From Octopus vulgaris (Eukaryota), in the NCBI GenBank assembly GCA_951406725.2, contig OX597833.1, forward strand, positions 60,698,001-60,762,000: a DNA stretch of 64,000 bases, read 5' to 3'. Below the pieces are notes generated by a model. That model saw nothing but the letters and a program-made list of their open reading frames with translations. It was not told the DNA's origin and made no database searches. Position 1 is the first letter of the stretch. Every line of letters begins with the position of its first letter. Position numbers and translations under genes: made by a program. Below are positions 36,117-48,591 of the stretch, piece by piece.

Positions 36117-37348
36117 CACTTGATAGTCTTTCAACACTTTGTATTAAGGCACCTCCCACCTCTCAATTGTAAAGTAGTTGGTGTTAGGAAGGGCATCCAG
36201 CCATAGAGACCAAGCTAAATCAGACTGGAACCTGGTGCAGCTTGTCTGTTTGCCAGCTCTGGTCAAACCGTCCAACCCATGCCAGCATGGAAAATGGACA
36301 TTAAAGGATGATGATGATGATCTAGTCATGGGTTTTTTCTGTTTATTTCTCAATATTACTAGTGCTGGCAGCACAAAAAAAGCACCCAGTACACACTGTA
36401 CAAAGGCTGGCATTAGAAAGGACCGCCAACCACAGAAACCATACTAAGCTGACACCGGAGCTTGATACAGCCCTGCGGTTCACTGTACACTATCAAACTG
36501 TCTAACTTGTGCCACTAAGGAAATCAGAAGTTGATGATGATGATGATGATGGAGAGCTCGAGAGCTAGATATTTCATTGTAGCTCTCTGCTCCTGCTTCA
36601 GTTTATCATCAACATCATCATCATTTAACGGCTGTTTTCTGTGCTAGCACAGGTTGGACAGTAAAGCACAGGAGCTGATAACAAGTTACATCTTATTGCT
36701 ACAGCTGGGCTGTTAGCAGTAGAGAAGTCAATGAGTAATCAAATCAAATGCAACAAAAAACAACAAACATCATCAACCATGTCCAGACTTTTTACACATT
36801 ATTCTGCTATATCTACCGCAAGTTGATATGAACAAATATACAATGTGTCCATAAATTACCTTTACAATTTGAAAAATTCAGAACAAAAAAAAAACAAATA
36901 AGGATAACTGAGCAGTTTGTGTGCAACAAATGGCTGGCCCAAGGCTATAGTAGAAGACACTGGGCCAAGATGCCATTCAGTGGGATTGAACCCAGAACCA
37001 TATATAATGTAGATGGGTTTTAAATCCAAACTGCATCTTCTTGAGGCACATCTGCTTATTCCAGTATTCCAAATCTGTATGATGTTTTGTGTGAGGTATT
37101 GGAGTTGAAAATTCTGGAAATATTTTTTTTTGCAGAGAAATTGTGTGTATGTGGGTATGTGTCTACACTTTTTATATCAATCTCTAACTCTCTCTCTTTT
37201 CTGTATTACTAGATTTTCTCTTATTCTCCTGCCCAATTATATATACAACCCCTGATTATATGTGTGTGTATGGGGAGTATATATATATATATATTGTAAG
37301 CCAATATCTTTAAAATTACATATAAGCTACAAAAGAAAACTGAAATTA

Positions 37349-37652
37349 TATTTCATTTTTGGATTTGGTTTGCAAGATTCTTTATATGAGTTCGTGTGTT
37401 GAAGCATATTCTGTTGTATCTGGGGAGAGCAGTTTTCTTTTTGTGCCTTATAATTCAACACATTCACCGGTAAAATTTCCACTTGTTTCTTATTTTTATT
37501 TTCCTAAAATTTTCATGGCGTCTTGCAACCTTTTCAATAGTCTTGATGCAACGAAAATTTTAGGAAAATAAAAATAAGAGATAAGTGGAAATTTTACCAG
37601 TGAGTGTGTTAAATTATAAGGCACAAAAAGAAAATGACTCCCCAGACACAAC
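37349..37652. mobile_element. Second copy of the fold-back element at 3999-4329
   Basis: Same two ends with a central deletion. 13-bp TSD AAAACTGAAATTA (37336-37348 / 37653-37665). Confidence 0.75.
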
Positions 37653-37922
37653 AAAACTGAAATTACTTAAATAAGTAATTAAATATTGATAATGTTTAGG
37701 GATGATGATGGTGGCAGAGGAGGAGAAAGGAAACAGTTGAATGATAATTCCAGAAGAAGAAGAAGAAATAATAATAATAATAATACAAAAATTTGACTCA
37801 TTATTTAATCAATCCAGCCAAAAGGCAAATTTGATCTGGGCATAGTCTGGACTCAGAACTGAATGTTTCTAGCAAGCTGTCATCAATAAAAATGAAAAAG
37901 AATGGTACTGTGAGATACTTAC

Positions 37923-38082
37923 TGTATTCCGCTTGAGAGGGAGTATAGACAACAGCTGGCTGCTTGGTGGTGATAGCGTAAGATGTCTGGGGGTATTTAT
38001 GTTCATTAGGGTATGGTTGATAAACAGTCACTGGAGGAGATGGTGAACGAGTTCTTTTCATCCCTTGAAGACGTTGCTGAAT
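37923..38082 (-). CDS. GPS2: GPS2 coding exon 5 (alternative in-frame acceptor would start at 38076)
   Basis: ctcattag|ATTCAG|CAA...TAC A|gtaagt; (IQ)QRLQGMKRTRSPSPPVTVYQPYPNEHKYPQTSYAITTKQPAVVYTPSQAEY. Phase 0-1. Confidence 0.88.
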
Positions 38083-38320
38083 CTAATGAGATATAAAATC
38101 ATGCTTTAAAGTTTTATACATATATATACACTCAGATGGGAAGATAATTTAAGAAGGATGTTTGGAACAACATGGAGGAGAATGGCATGAGGGGAATGGC
38201 GCAAATGCTGTAGCCAATGGAGCTGACTTGGCACTGGACAGCTTGGCCAACCCAGATGATATATAAGTGTATGTGTGTGTGTGTGTATGTACGTACATTA
38301 TATATAAGACATGTACTTAC

Positions 38321-38432
38321 TGGAATGAGTGGTTGATGAGGTTTGTACAAAGTGGGTCGTCCTGTTACACCAGGGTGTAACAGCATTGGGTGTCCTGTCA
38401 CAGTGTAAGGATGTTGGAAATTTAAAAGTTCA
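38321..38432 (-). CDS. GPS2: GPS2 coding exon 4
   Basis: attttcag|T GAA...CCA|gtaagt; SELLNFQHPYTVTGHPMLLHPGVTGRPTLYKPHQPLIP. Phase 2-0. Confidence 0.88.
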
Positions 38433-38534
38433 CTGAAAATAGAATGTATAAATTAGTGTTAACCACACTCTCTTTTCTTAATTCACTGTGTCCAATCAAC
38501 ATTTATGTTGGCTAATATATGTATTTGTGTGTGG

Positions 38535-38945
38535 AAAGAAAGAAAGAAAGACAGACAGCTAGCTATCTAGCTAGATAGATAAATGGATAGACAAATAGCT
38601 AGCTAGCTAGATAGACAGATAGCTAGATATACAGATAGCTAGACAGATAGATAGATAGATAGCTAGACAGATAGATAGATAGATAGCAAGACAGATAGAT
38701 AGATACACATACAGACAGCTAGATAGACAGACAGATAGACAGCTGGATAAATCAATAAGTAAATGGACAGATAGGTAGATAGATGGATAAATACATGGAA
38801 ATATAGATGGAGGGATATATATATATATAGATAGATAGATATACAGAGATAGATGGATGGATATACAGATAGATGGATGGATGGATGGAGATATATTTAT
38901 ATATATATAGATAGATAGATAGATACATACATACATACATACACA
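38535..38945. repeat. Compound (GATA/GACA/GCTA/GATG)n microsatellite
   Basis: Direct observation. Confidence 0.9.
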
Positions 38946-39007
38946 CAAATCCAACTGAATATGAGAGAGAAATGAACAGAAATAAACTAAGACTTTGAAC
39001 AGTTCAC

Positions 39008-39132
39008 CTTTGTTCCTTTAGCTGTGCTCGGCGTCGTGTTTCATCTTCTTGGTGTAGAACCTTTTTCAACTGTGAAAATAATTCATGTTTCTCATTCTTC
39101 AAAGATTCATGTTTTGACTCCATCATCCCAAT
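39008..39132 (-). CDS. GPS2: GPS2 coding exon 3 (coiled coil)
   Basis: ttcaacag|ATT...CAA AG|gtgaac; IGMMESKHESLKNEKHELFSQLKKVLHQEDETRRRAQLKEQ matches human EEKHQLFLQLKKVLHEEEKRRRKEQ. Confidence 0.95.
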
Positions 39133-39167
39133 CTGTTGAAATAAAAACACAGAACTTCAAATATGTG

Positions 39168-39212
<45 letters not shown>

Positions 39213-39597
39213 CTGTGTGTGTGTGTGTGTGTTTACACTTATACAGAAATAACAAGCAAAACTGTAATTCTCTAGTTGTTGGGACAAGATGGATGTAATG
39301 CTGTGGTTCCCCTTGAGCTTTACTAGGACCACTTTCTAACCTCGTCCAATGGCATAAGGCTCCTAAATTTTCACGTGACATTTCTACACAAAAGATAGAG
39401 AGGTATATAAAACTGCTTTCTGACAGAATAAGTACCAAGGAGTTGATTAGTTTGAGTAAAATTATTCAAGGTGGTGCTCCAGTATGGCCACAGTCTAATG
39501 ACTGAAACAAGTAAAAGGTAAGAGATACAAGACATTAACCCTGGAGTTTATCTAGTCAACTAGTCTATTTTTGTATATCCTCTCCACTGAAAATAAA

Positions 39598-39992
39598 CCT
39601 TTCTACTATAGGCACAAGACTTGAAATTTGGAGAGGGGGATAATCGATTATATCGACCCCAGTACTCAACTGGTACTTATTTAATTGACCCCGAAAGGAT
39701 GAAAGGCAAAGTTAAGGCTTGGCAGAATTTCAACTCAGAACGCAAAGATAGACAAAATACCTATTTCTTTACTACCCACAAGGGGATAAACACAGAGAGG
39801 ACACACAAGGACAGACAAACGGATTAAGTCGATTATATCGACCCCAGTGCATAACTGGTACTTAATTTATCGACCCCGAAAGGACGAAAGGCAAAGTTGA
39901 CCTCAGTGGAATTTGAACTCAGAATGTAACAGCAGACGAAATATCGCTAAGCATTTTACCTGGCTTGCTAACGATTCTGCCAGCTTCCTGCC
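39598..39992 (-). mobile_element. SINE family 1, two tandem units
   Basis: Two successive reverse-strand cores. Confidence 0.7.
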
Positions 39993-40080
39993 TTCTTTCC
40001 ACAGAAAGTAATATAAGCAACATTCAATAAATGCTGGAAGAGATTTCATGAAATTTATTTTAAAAAATTTAACTTCCTAC

Positions 40081-40184
40081 CTGGTCTTTTATTTGCTCGA
40101 GTGTTAAATTGTCCTCTTCTTGTTTCTTTTTCTGAAGTTCTCGTTCTTTTTTTAATCTTTCAACCAAAGCATCATGTTCTTGTT
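40081..40184 (-). CDS. GPS2: GPS2 coding exon 2 (coiled coil)
   Basis: atttgtcag|AA CAA...CAG|gtagga; EQEHDALVERLKKERELQKKKQEEDNLTLEQIKDQ. Phase 1-0. Confidence 0.93.
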
Positions 40185-40244
40185 CTGACAAATCATAAAA
40201 TAAACAATCATAAAATAAACAAATTATAGAATAAACAAATTAAC

Positions 40245-40560
40245 ATCATCATCATCATTTAACGTCCGCTTTCCATGCTGGCATGGGTTGGACGGTTCAA
40301 CTGGGGTCTGGGAAGCCAGAAGGCTGCACCAGGCCCAGTCTGATCTGGCAGTGTTTCTACAGCTGGATGCCCTTCCTAACGCCAACCACTCTGTGAGTGT
40401 AGTGGGTGCTTTTTACGTGCCACCCGGGGCTGGCAGACGGCCACGATCGGATGGTGCTTTTTACGTGCCACCGGCATGGAGGCCAGTCAGGCAGTGCTGG
40501 CTACAGCCACGTTTGGATGGTTCTCTTACGTGCCACCGGCACTGGTATCACAGCTACATT
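40245..40560 (-). mobile_element. RTE 3'-tail repeat, family 3
   Basis: Family consensus on the minus strand. Confidence 0.75.
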
Positions 40561-41595
40561 TCACTGAAATAAACAATTGCTCTGAACATGAACTAACAGA
40601 CAATCCTCCAAGTGGTCATGAAACCTACGAGAAACAGCAGCCAAACATGCCTCAAATCACAACATATCTTAAACAAACAAACAAAAAAGGAACACATCAG
40701 TGAATGTAATCCCAAATAACTCTAAAAGACAAGAAAGTCATGGATGGCATGTCTTTATTATAAATTTGATGGATCAAAGATTTTTGTGTCAATCTGTTTG
40801 ATGCCCGTTTTTACCATACTAGCAGGATTTAGATAGGAGTAAAATTTGAGATACTAAGCCCTTCCTGTTGCCATCCCTTATGTGGGGGCACTGAAAAGTT
40901 CCTAGCTTTAAGGGTATCACAAAAGGCCTGGTTACAGGCCCTAATCTTCTGAGTACTTTTACCGGGCTTAATAAAACTGAAGGACTGTGGTAATAAGTGG
41001 GTGAATCTGAGAGGGGAATATCTTTAACTTTTTACTTGTTTCAGTCATCAGACTGCAGCCATGCTAGGGCACTACCTTGAGTTTTTAATCGAATGAAGTA
41101 CTTCGTTTTTTAACTTGGCACTTATTCTATAGGTCTCTTTTGCAGAACTGCTAAGTTACAGAATGCAAAAACACCATCACCAGTTGTAAAGCAGTGGACA
41201 CACACAAACACAGATATATACACACACATATATATGACAGACTTTCACTTTTCCTCAACCAAATTCACTTACAAGGCTTGGTCCCGAGGTTATAGTAGAA
41301 AACACTTGCCCAAGGTACCATGCAGTGGGACTGAACCCAGGGCAAGGTTGTTGAGAACCTCTTGTATATGGTATTTTAAAAAATTTATAGTGCATTCATT
41401 TGTAAACAATGTCATTGTTAATATTTCTCTTTAAAAAAAAAAAAGACTGGAGCCTGGTGCAGCCTCCTGGCTTCTCAGACCCCGGTTGAACCATCCAACC
41501 CATGCTACCATGGAAAACGGACGTTAAACGATGATGATGATGATTTAAAACATGACCACAAACATCAAATGTACAAATGATAAAAAACAACTTAC

Positions 41596-41689
41596 CTTGC
41601 TTCTTCTTTTCCCTTTCTCTCATAATGTGACGCTTCAGAGCCTGGTAAGTGGCCACTGTCATTTTAGGGCGATCAATTAAAACCGGCAT
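41596..41689 (-). CDS. GPS2: GPS2 (G protein pathway suppressor 2, NCoR/SMRT-HDAC3 complex subunit), first coding exon
   Basis: MPVLIDRPKMTVATYQALKRHIMREREKKKQ versus human MPALLERPKLSNAMARALHRHIMMERERKRQ. Donor CAAG|gtaagt. An acceptor aattttcag at 41718-41720 implies an upstream non-coding exon. Confidence 0.95.
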
Positions 41690-42549
41690 TTTGGGATCGA
41701 TTTTTACAACCTCAATTCTGAAAATTATAGAATAGTTCTCTTTGTAATAATCAATTTAAAAGAAAAAACACCATTCAACATAAATTATCAGAAAATAAAT
41801 TTTTTTTGTTTTTTATATTTGGTTTACAAAATTCTTGATGTGAACTCATATGTTAGAGAAGATTTTGCTGCATCTTGGAGGGTGAAGTGGAGGCACTTAG
41901 TGGTTGAGGTGTTGGACTAATGACTGTGTGGTTGTGGTTTCGATTCCTGGACCAGGCGATGCATTGTATCCTTGACTTCCTTTCACATTGCTCCAGTCCA
42001 CTCAGCAGGTAAAAATGAGTAATCCTGTGATAGACCGGTGTCCGATCCAGGGACTAACTATTGGGATAGTCATTATGCCAATAATAAACACAGTTTCTGC
42101 CTAGCAAATTCACTCATAAGGCTTTGTTTCATTAAATGCGTAAGTATATTGAAATCTTAACTTTTTGAAGTTTCTAGACCTTCAGTTCCATTATCAAGAT
42201 TTGAATATATTTGATATTTGTATTGTTCTTTATACACGGATTGACTTTGTGTGAACTTTCCCATCAAAGTTTTATCAACACAAGTCTCTGCAATAATGTG
42301 TTTTATTGTGGTCAAATTTTGATGAAAAGCTTTATATATATATATAAAGCTTTTCATCAAAAGTATATAAAGTATATATGGTTCAAATGTACTAAGAACA
42401 AAAGGAGATAGGTGAGGGAACAACAAGCAAGGTGTATTAGTTTGATGCTTGGGAAAAATGTGTGTGTATGTGTGTGTATATATAATATAAAGACTGGAGC
42501 CTTCCCAGACCCCGGTTGAACCATCCAACCCATGCTACCATGGAAAACG

Positions 42550-42980
42550 GATAGAAGGATTCCTAAGCAGATGCTCTATGGAGAACTTGTGAATGGAAGG
42601 AGACTCCAGCAGAAACCAAGGCTGCGATTTAAGGACTGTGTTAACTCCTCATTAAAGGCCTTTGATATGCAGGACACTGACTGGGAGAACAATGCCTGTC
42701 ATCGCCACAGATGGAGGAAGCAGGTTAAGGAGGGGATCAACACTTTTGAGAGCACGTATCCAGCATGAAGAACTTTAGCGAGCTGCGCGAACGCGCATGG
42801 CTCGTATAGTGAATGGGGAAAGCTTGGTCTGCAATGTTTGCAGTCATGTATGCTTGTCAAGAGCAGGGCTCATTAGCCACCAACGGAGCCGCAAATGCAA
42901 AATATAAGTTAGTCCTAGAGCGCACAATGTTCCTGAAGGTCGGCAATGGTCTTCCTCGGTCACGAGTGGACGGCCATCAT
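42550..42980 (+). mobile_element. RTE-clade LINE 3' end with C2H2-like zinc finger
   Basis: RRIPKQMLYGELVNGRRLQQKPRLRFKDCVNSSLK...RHRWRKQVKEG, then after a frameshift LVCNVCSHVCLSRAGLISHQRS. Confidence 0.8.
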
Positions 42981-43786
42981 ATAATATATATAGTCATGGC
43001 CAAATGTTTGGAACATAGGTCTGAAAGTTAGAATTGAACCTTTGGATCAGTTATTAGGTAAATATATCTCTACGTTGTATATGGATCGAATTGTACCTGG
43101 GCATAGTTTTAATTACAGTTAGGTAAGGGTTGGTGACAGGAAGAGCTCCTAGCTGTAAAATACTGCCTGCAATAAGTATCCTGAGTGGGTACATATATGT
43201 AACAGTGCCCTCACCTTTTTCCATCATGTCCTTACTGTGACTACTACACTTTCACTGCTAATTAGGTCACCTTAGGAGCAGAAGTTGTTGATTACTTCTA
43301 CAGAAACTGAAAGAAACCTGTCATATATATGTTTATTGTGAGCGGCCCTGTATTTCCTGGTAGCAAAAAAAACCTGTTCTGGCCTGTCTTTCATAATTTA
43401 ATCCCTCGTCTCCAAGCATAAAGCCACTTCTCTATCTTGATTGTGACCCCATTCAGTCAAAAGAAATTTTAGTCTTGCGACCTACATGGCAACCTCACCA
43501 ACACTGTGCCATGGAAAAAAAAGCATCCGCTACACTCTGTAAAATGGTTGGCGTTAAGAAGGGCATCCAGTCGTAGAAACCACGACAAGGCAGACACTGA
43601 AGCATGATATGGTCCTCCAACTCTGCGGATCTTGTCAAATCATCCAAATCATACCAGCATGGAAGAGAGATGTTAAAAGGGTGATGATGATATGTGTGTT
43701 TGTAACAGAAATCAAAATATAAAGCAGAGTTTTACATTTTAATGATAAATCTCAGAGCGAGTTATAAACAGTAGCAGCAACACATC

Positions 43787-44122
43787 GCAACGTATATTTG
43801 CCATTTGAATATGGCTAACCCCTAAGGGTGGATGCTACTGTAGTTTGTAGCCCCAGGAGGACACCTCCTCCAGCTGGCTATAGACACACTTTCTGTGCCC
43901 TATTAGTATTTGCGAAGGGAAGCCATCCTTCCCGTCTTCAACTTATGATACACACGGACTCGATTTTCAGAGTATTGACCCATCATCGGCGTGTGACAAT
44001 CATAGTGCAACGTATATTTGCCATTTGAATATGGCTAACCCCTAAGGGTGGATGCTACTGTAGTTTGTAGCCCCAGGAGGACACCTCCTCCAGCTGGCTA
44101 TAGACACACTTTCTGTGCCCTA
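43787..44122 (-). mobile_element. Penelope-like or retrozyme-like partial tandem: identical 116-bp direct repeats (220-bp period) around a hammerhead
   Basis: 43787-43902 equals 44007-44122; hammerhead motif in the spacer. Confidence 0.7.
43951..43995 (-). ncRNA. Minimal type I hammerhead motif with two deviations
   Basis: CACACG-CCGAUGA-U-GGGU-CAAU-ACUC-U-GAAA-AUCGA-GUC^-CGUGUG. Perfect 6-bp stem I; U4->C and a stem III mismatch. Confidence 0.55.
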
Positions 44123-45923
44123 CATTTTATATTATCCAAAATGCTACAGTAACAGAATTTCTTGACAAATTTTATTTAAAAAACGCTCCAAATTACAGGT
44201 CCTCGAGTCACTGCAGCTCCCTTTACACACACACACTGAAGTATATATACAGCAGAAATGAGATCCAGTCCAAGCTTTGTGAAGTGGACAGCAATAGTGA
44301 GTATGAATGCATGTGTTTTCAATGGAAACGTGGGAAATTCTATCAATAATACTTCCTCTCATATCAAACAAAGGTGACATCATTCGCGGAGAATTATTTA
44401 TTCTGAGTAAAAGAACCGGTCGGTCGGCTTGATTGAATTTATGGCAGCTATTTTGTATTGTACTCTGTTGTATGGTGTTCACACTTCAATATCCTTAAGA
44501 ACGGCCATTTCCAGGATATACTGAATGCGTCAGATCCACAAAAGACACAAGATATCTTCTTCTAGTTCTAAATCAAAACTCATCATTGGGTTCTTTGATA
44601 TGAACTGACAATAAAGAACAAACTGTCCATTATGATGAAGCTGTAAATACAGAGTAACAGCATCAACGTTAGTTTGTGTCCAAAAAATAGTTATATAGAC
44701 CGAAATGAGAACTTAATATAGTTTTTCACTGTATATATATTATTAGCGTCAATCTATTATAATTACAAATAAAAACGATATATGATAGAGTAAATTGTCA
44801 TTTATGGACGGAACACACTCTCTCATGACTGGAAGTCCGGTTGGTTATATTTCAGAAGAAAATATTTCGAGATAATTTGTATATGATTATATTTGAGTTA
44901 CACGCATATATACATAAATAGACAAATTTTGTTAACATGTTTAAAAAAACAGGGTTGTGTTAGCATGAAACAATAATATCGATGGCTCGAGAAACATTGT
45001 TCTAAACAAACTGTATAGAGAACATACAACGAAATTAATTAGGAAAAAAAAATTAATTAGTAAAAACCTAAACTTACTAAAATAATAAAAGACTAGAAGA
45101 CACGCATGTCTTGAAAACATTTCAAACATATATAGGGTGTGTGTAGATACATATTTATATGTCACTATTCATATCTGTATACAAATATTTTGTATTCTAA
45201 TGTTTTTAAATTATCCCTATTCTATGCCTTAGAATAAATTAGAATTAATGTTATTGATTAATGTCCAGATAATTACTAAATGTCATTTAATTATTACAGT
45301 AGTGGTGGTTATTAAATTAAAATCTATAAAAACATGAAGCTGTCTTGAAATAACGTAGTTGTCGGCAGAAAAAGATGAGAATGGCATGGCTGGAGAGTCT
45401 TTCATCGTGTTTGTTCAATGAGGGTTAATTTGGGGGTTGGACAAATATAGACGATCCACGAATTGCTAAAGAATTCTTCAAACGTCAAAAATTGAGAATG
45501 AAAGACGACGAGTGACAAGTGAAGGCGGACAGGAGACATTGAGTGGTCACTGGATCAGCTAGAGATAACAGCTATCTTCCCTCCAATCATACCATACTGA
45601 CAGGAGTAAAACACAAAAGAGGACAAACACATAAGACAATGTTGTCAAAATTACAATAAAAGACAAGAGGGTTACGGCTGGAACACCTCTGATCCAAAGA
45701 TTATTGTATCAAGGGGGCCTATCAAGGCTGACCTTGGGCTAAACAACAAAATATATTTGGTTTATAAACAATAATACTATTTACATTTGGGTTTGTTGTT
45801 GCATTTCTTTAAGGAAATATAATGTGAATTACTATTTTTTTCTGAAAAGAAGATAATATGAGTTATATTCAAACTAAATAATTAGTAATTAATAATTAAT
45901 TGAGAGAAATCTATTCGGATTAC

Positions 45924-46010
45924 CTTAAATATTTTGGTCAATCGTCAAAGTCACAAATCATTATGTCACTCTCTGGTTTAAGAAGTTAAAGAAAAGAAAC
46001 CAACTTCCGG
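45924..46010 (-). promoter_or_regulatory. Possible GPS2 promoter / first non-coding exon
   Basis: ETS-type CCGGAAGT (46003-46010) followed by a pyrimidine-rich stretch and a donor TAAG|gtaatc at 45923. No transcript evidence. Confidence 0.25.
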
Positions 46011-46612
46011 TCTCCTCCTATTTTTTTTTTTTTAATATTCTAAGATTTCTGAAATCTGTTTTCAAAGATATTTTTTCTTATTTCTAGAATATTATTGTCT
46101 ACCTTTTTTTTTTGGCAAATAAATATTTTTTCCACAACAGGGAAAGAACGATATGTGGGTGTATGTGTGCGTGCACACGCACATGTTGATGCTTTCACAA
46201 TTATTGGGTTACTCTTTGGTAGAATGGTTAGAACGTCGGATTAAAGGCCTTGCCAGCCCTTTTTTCATGCTCTTTACGTTCTGAAAGCATATGCCAATGA
46301 GGTTAACTTCACCTTTTATCCCTCTGGGGTCGATAAAATGATACATTTTGATACTTTCACCCGCGCGATTTTCACTGAGGGGAAAAAATAACCTCGGATT
46401 TTTTGCGCGGAATCAAGTACCTTGACTTCCTAATATGCTGCAAACCTCTTATTTTTGTTCGGAAAAAGGTGAGGTGGGGAAATTGTCCCCCCCCCCCCAT
46501 CCCTGAATCATTAGAAATTTTCTTTCTTTTTCTGTTGAATGAATTACGCTGACCCCCCCCACCAGGACGGAGGTAAATAATACGCACACCACCCGTTTTC
46601 GGCGTAACAAAA

Positions 46613-46683
46613 ACCCTAACCATAATCCTAAATCTTAGTCCTAACCCTAAACGCTAACCCTAACCCCTAACTCTAACCCTAAA
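46613..46683. repeat. Degenerate telomere-type (CCCTAA)n tract
   Basis: About 11 imperfect hexamers inside a repeat cluster. Confidence 0.7.
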
Positions 46684-46704
46684 CACTGGGTGTACGTATT
46701 CTTC

Positions 46705-48303
46705 ACTTTCGCCGACATCCTAATATGCCATAAAACCCATTTTTTGGGTCCGGAAAACGGGGTGGGGCGGAACCCTCGGAAATTTCAGTTCCACCTTCCC
46801 GTTTTCAAATATTTTTTGCTGTTTCTTTCTTTACCCATATTTTTAGAACATTTTGCAAAAATACGTTTTTGAGAGAGTGTGGATTGCATTAGATTGAAAA
46901 TTCAAAGACGTTTGAAATGAATAAGTGAGGCTATAGAAGTTAGGGGTAACGAAGTCAGAGATAAAGAAGGATAAATAATTCATCTAATAAAAAAGCACGT
47001 TAGAGTTTGTGTATGTGTGTGAAGGCGGCACGTAAAAAGTACCATTCGAGCGTGGTCGATGCCAGTATAACCTGACTGTCCCCCATGCCGGCGGTGCTTA
47101 AAAAGCAGCCACTACACTCTCAGAGTGATTGACGTTAGGAAGGGCATCCAGCTATAGAAACCTTACCAGAACAGATTGGCTCCTGATGCAGCCGGATCTT
47201 TTCCTTTTGAACGGCAGTTTTCAACACAATTTCTAGTTAACTAAACACTTTTAAACTTCGTATACTGGTAGAATGTGTCAAAATAAAACATTTCCTTCTC
47301 TTGGCTTTCTTGAGAAAATTGTAATTTGTAAGTTTAACGTAGTTTAATTTTTCGAATTTTAACCAATCCTATTGAACCAAGCCTCTATTGAACTAAAATC
47401 ACTTGCTGCGTCTCAGTCAAATCTCATTTGCCAGTCCTCAGTCAAATCGTCCAACCCATGCCAGCCTGGAAAGCAGATGTTAAACGACGACGTTGATGAT
47501 GATATATGTAATACTAGCAGTATCGCCCGGCGTTGATCGGGTTTGTAAGGGAAATAACTATAAAGCATTTTTAGAGAGTTATAGACAAAAAATAGCAAAA
47601 AAATGCATTAAAAATGGAAAAAAAATTATGGTAATTTTTTTTTGAAATCGTTGACTCATCGTAGACGCGCGCTAATACCCAGAAGGGCTCGATATGAATC
47701 ACGACTATAAGATACCCGGTTTTGGTTAAACTGCACCGCAAAATGTGGGAGTAGTTAGGAATCTAAATCGTAGGAGACAGACACACAACTTCACTTTTAT
47801 ATATAAAGATATTGAAAGTTTAGGTAAACTTCGTCACTCACACACTCTCTCTCTCTCTCTCTCTCTCTCTTCCTCTCACACAAAAATCAAACGTATTAAT
47901 TATCCGATTTCAGCGCGCAAAATTTAAGTGGGAAAGTGCTTTGGCATTTCAAATCTATTCTGCAATTTGGGATTATTATATCTTATATATATATTATATC
48001 CAGTGATTTTAACAGGTATGAAAAAGATACGTTGTTTTAATATCATACTTTTTACTTGTTTCACACACATAAATTATTTATCATACTTTATCTCTCCACT
48101 GACTTCTTATAACCTCTACATTTTCACTTTATTCATTTCTGCAAAATGTTATCTAAAAAATATGGGTAAAGATAGAAACAGCAAAAAATATTTGAAAATT
48201 AAGGGGAGGTGGGTCTGAAATTTCCGAGGGTTCCACTCCCACGTCACCCCGTTTTCCAGACCCCAAAATGGATTTTATGGCATATTAGGAGGTCAGCGTA
48301 ATT
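46705..48303. repeat. Long inverted repeat pair (~46705-46985 and ~48065-48303) enclosing nested RTE-tail, MITE and Helitron insertions
   Basis: CCTAATATGCCATAAAACCCATTTT..GGAACCCTCGGAAATTTCAG..TTACCCATATTTTTAGA is mirrored by TCTAAAAAATATGGGTAA..CTGAAATTTCCGAGGGTTCC..TTTTATGGCATATTAGG. Confidence 0.7.
47514..47809 (-). mobile_element. Non-autonomous Helitron
   Basis: Reverse complement of the 3' end seen at 29430-29487 (CCCG.CAACGCCGGGCGATACTGCTAG), with 5' TC at 47808-47809. Confidence 0.7.
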
Positions 48304-48591
48304 CATTCAACGAAAAAGATTTTTAAAAATGCAGGGTCTTGGCGCACCGTCACGCCTCCACACAAACACACATAAAACTGACCTTTCCGATTTTTTTTTT
48401 TTAACGGATTCCCATATTTTCGATGACGGAGATTCCTAATATGCAAAAAAAAGCACATTTTCAAAATTTTAAATTTCTCCTTCCCCCACAAAATTTTAAA
48501 ATTTTAACTTTTTTTTCGAAATTTTTTTTTCAATCTAAGTGGAAAAATACGACAATTAAGGATATGAGGTGGGGGGGGGGACAAATTTTAA

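Noticed and set aside
46613-46683. Telomere or chromosome-fusion scar
   Set aside because: Short, degenerate and in one orientation; similar TTAGGG runs occur inside a MITE at ~35001-35018.
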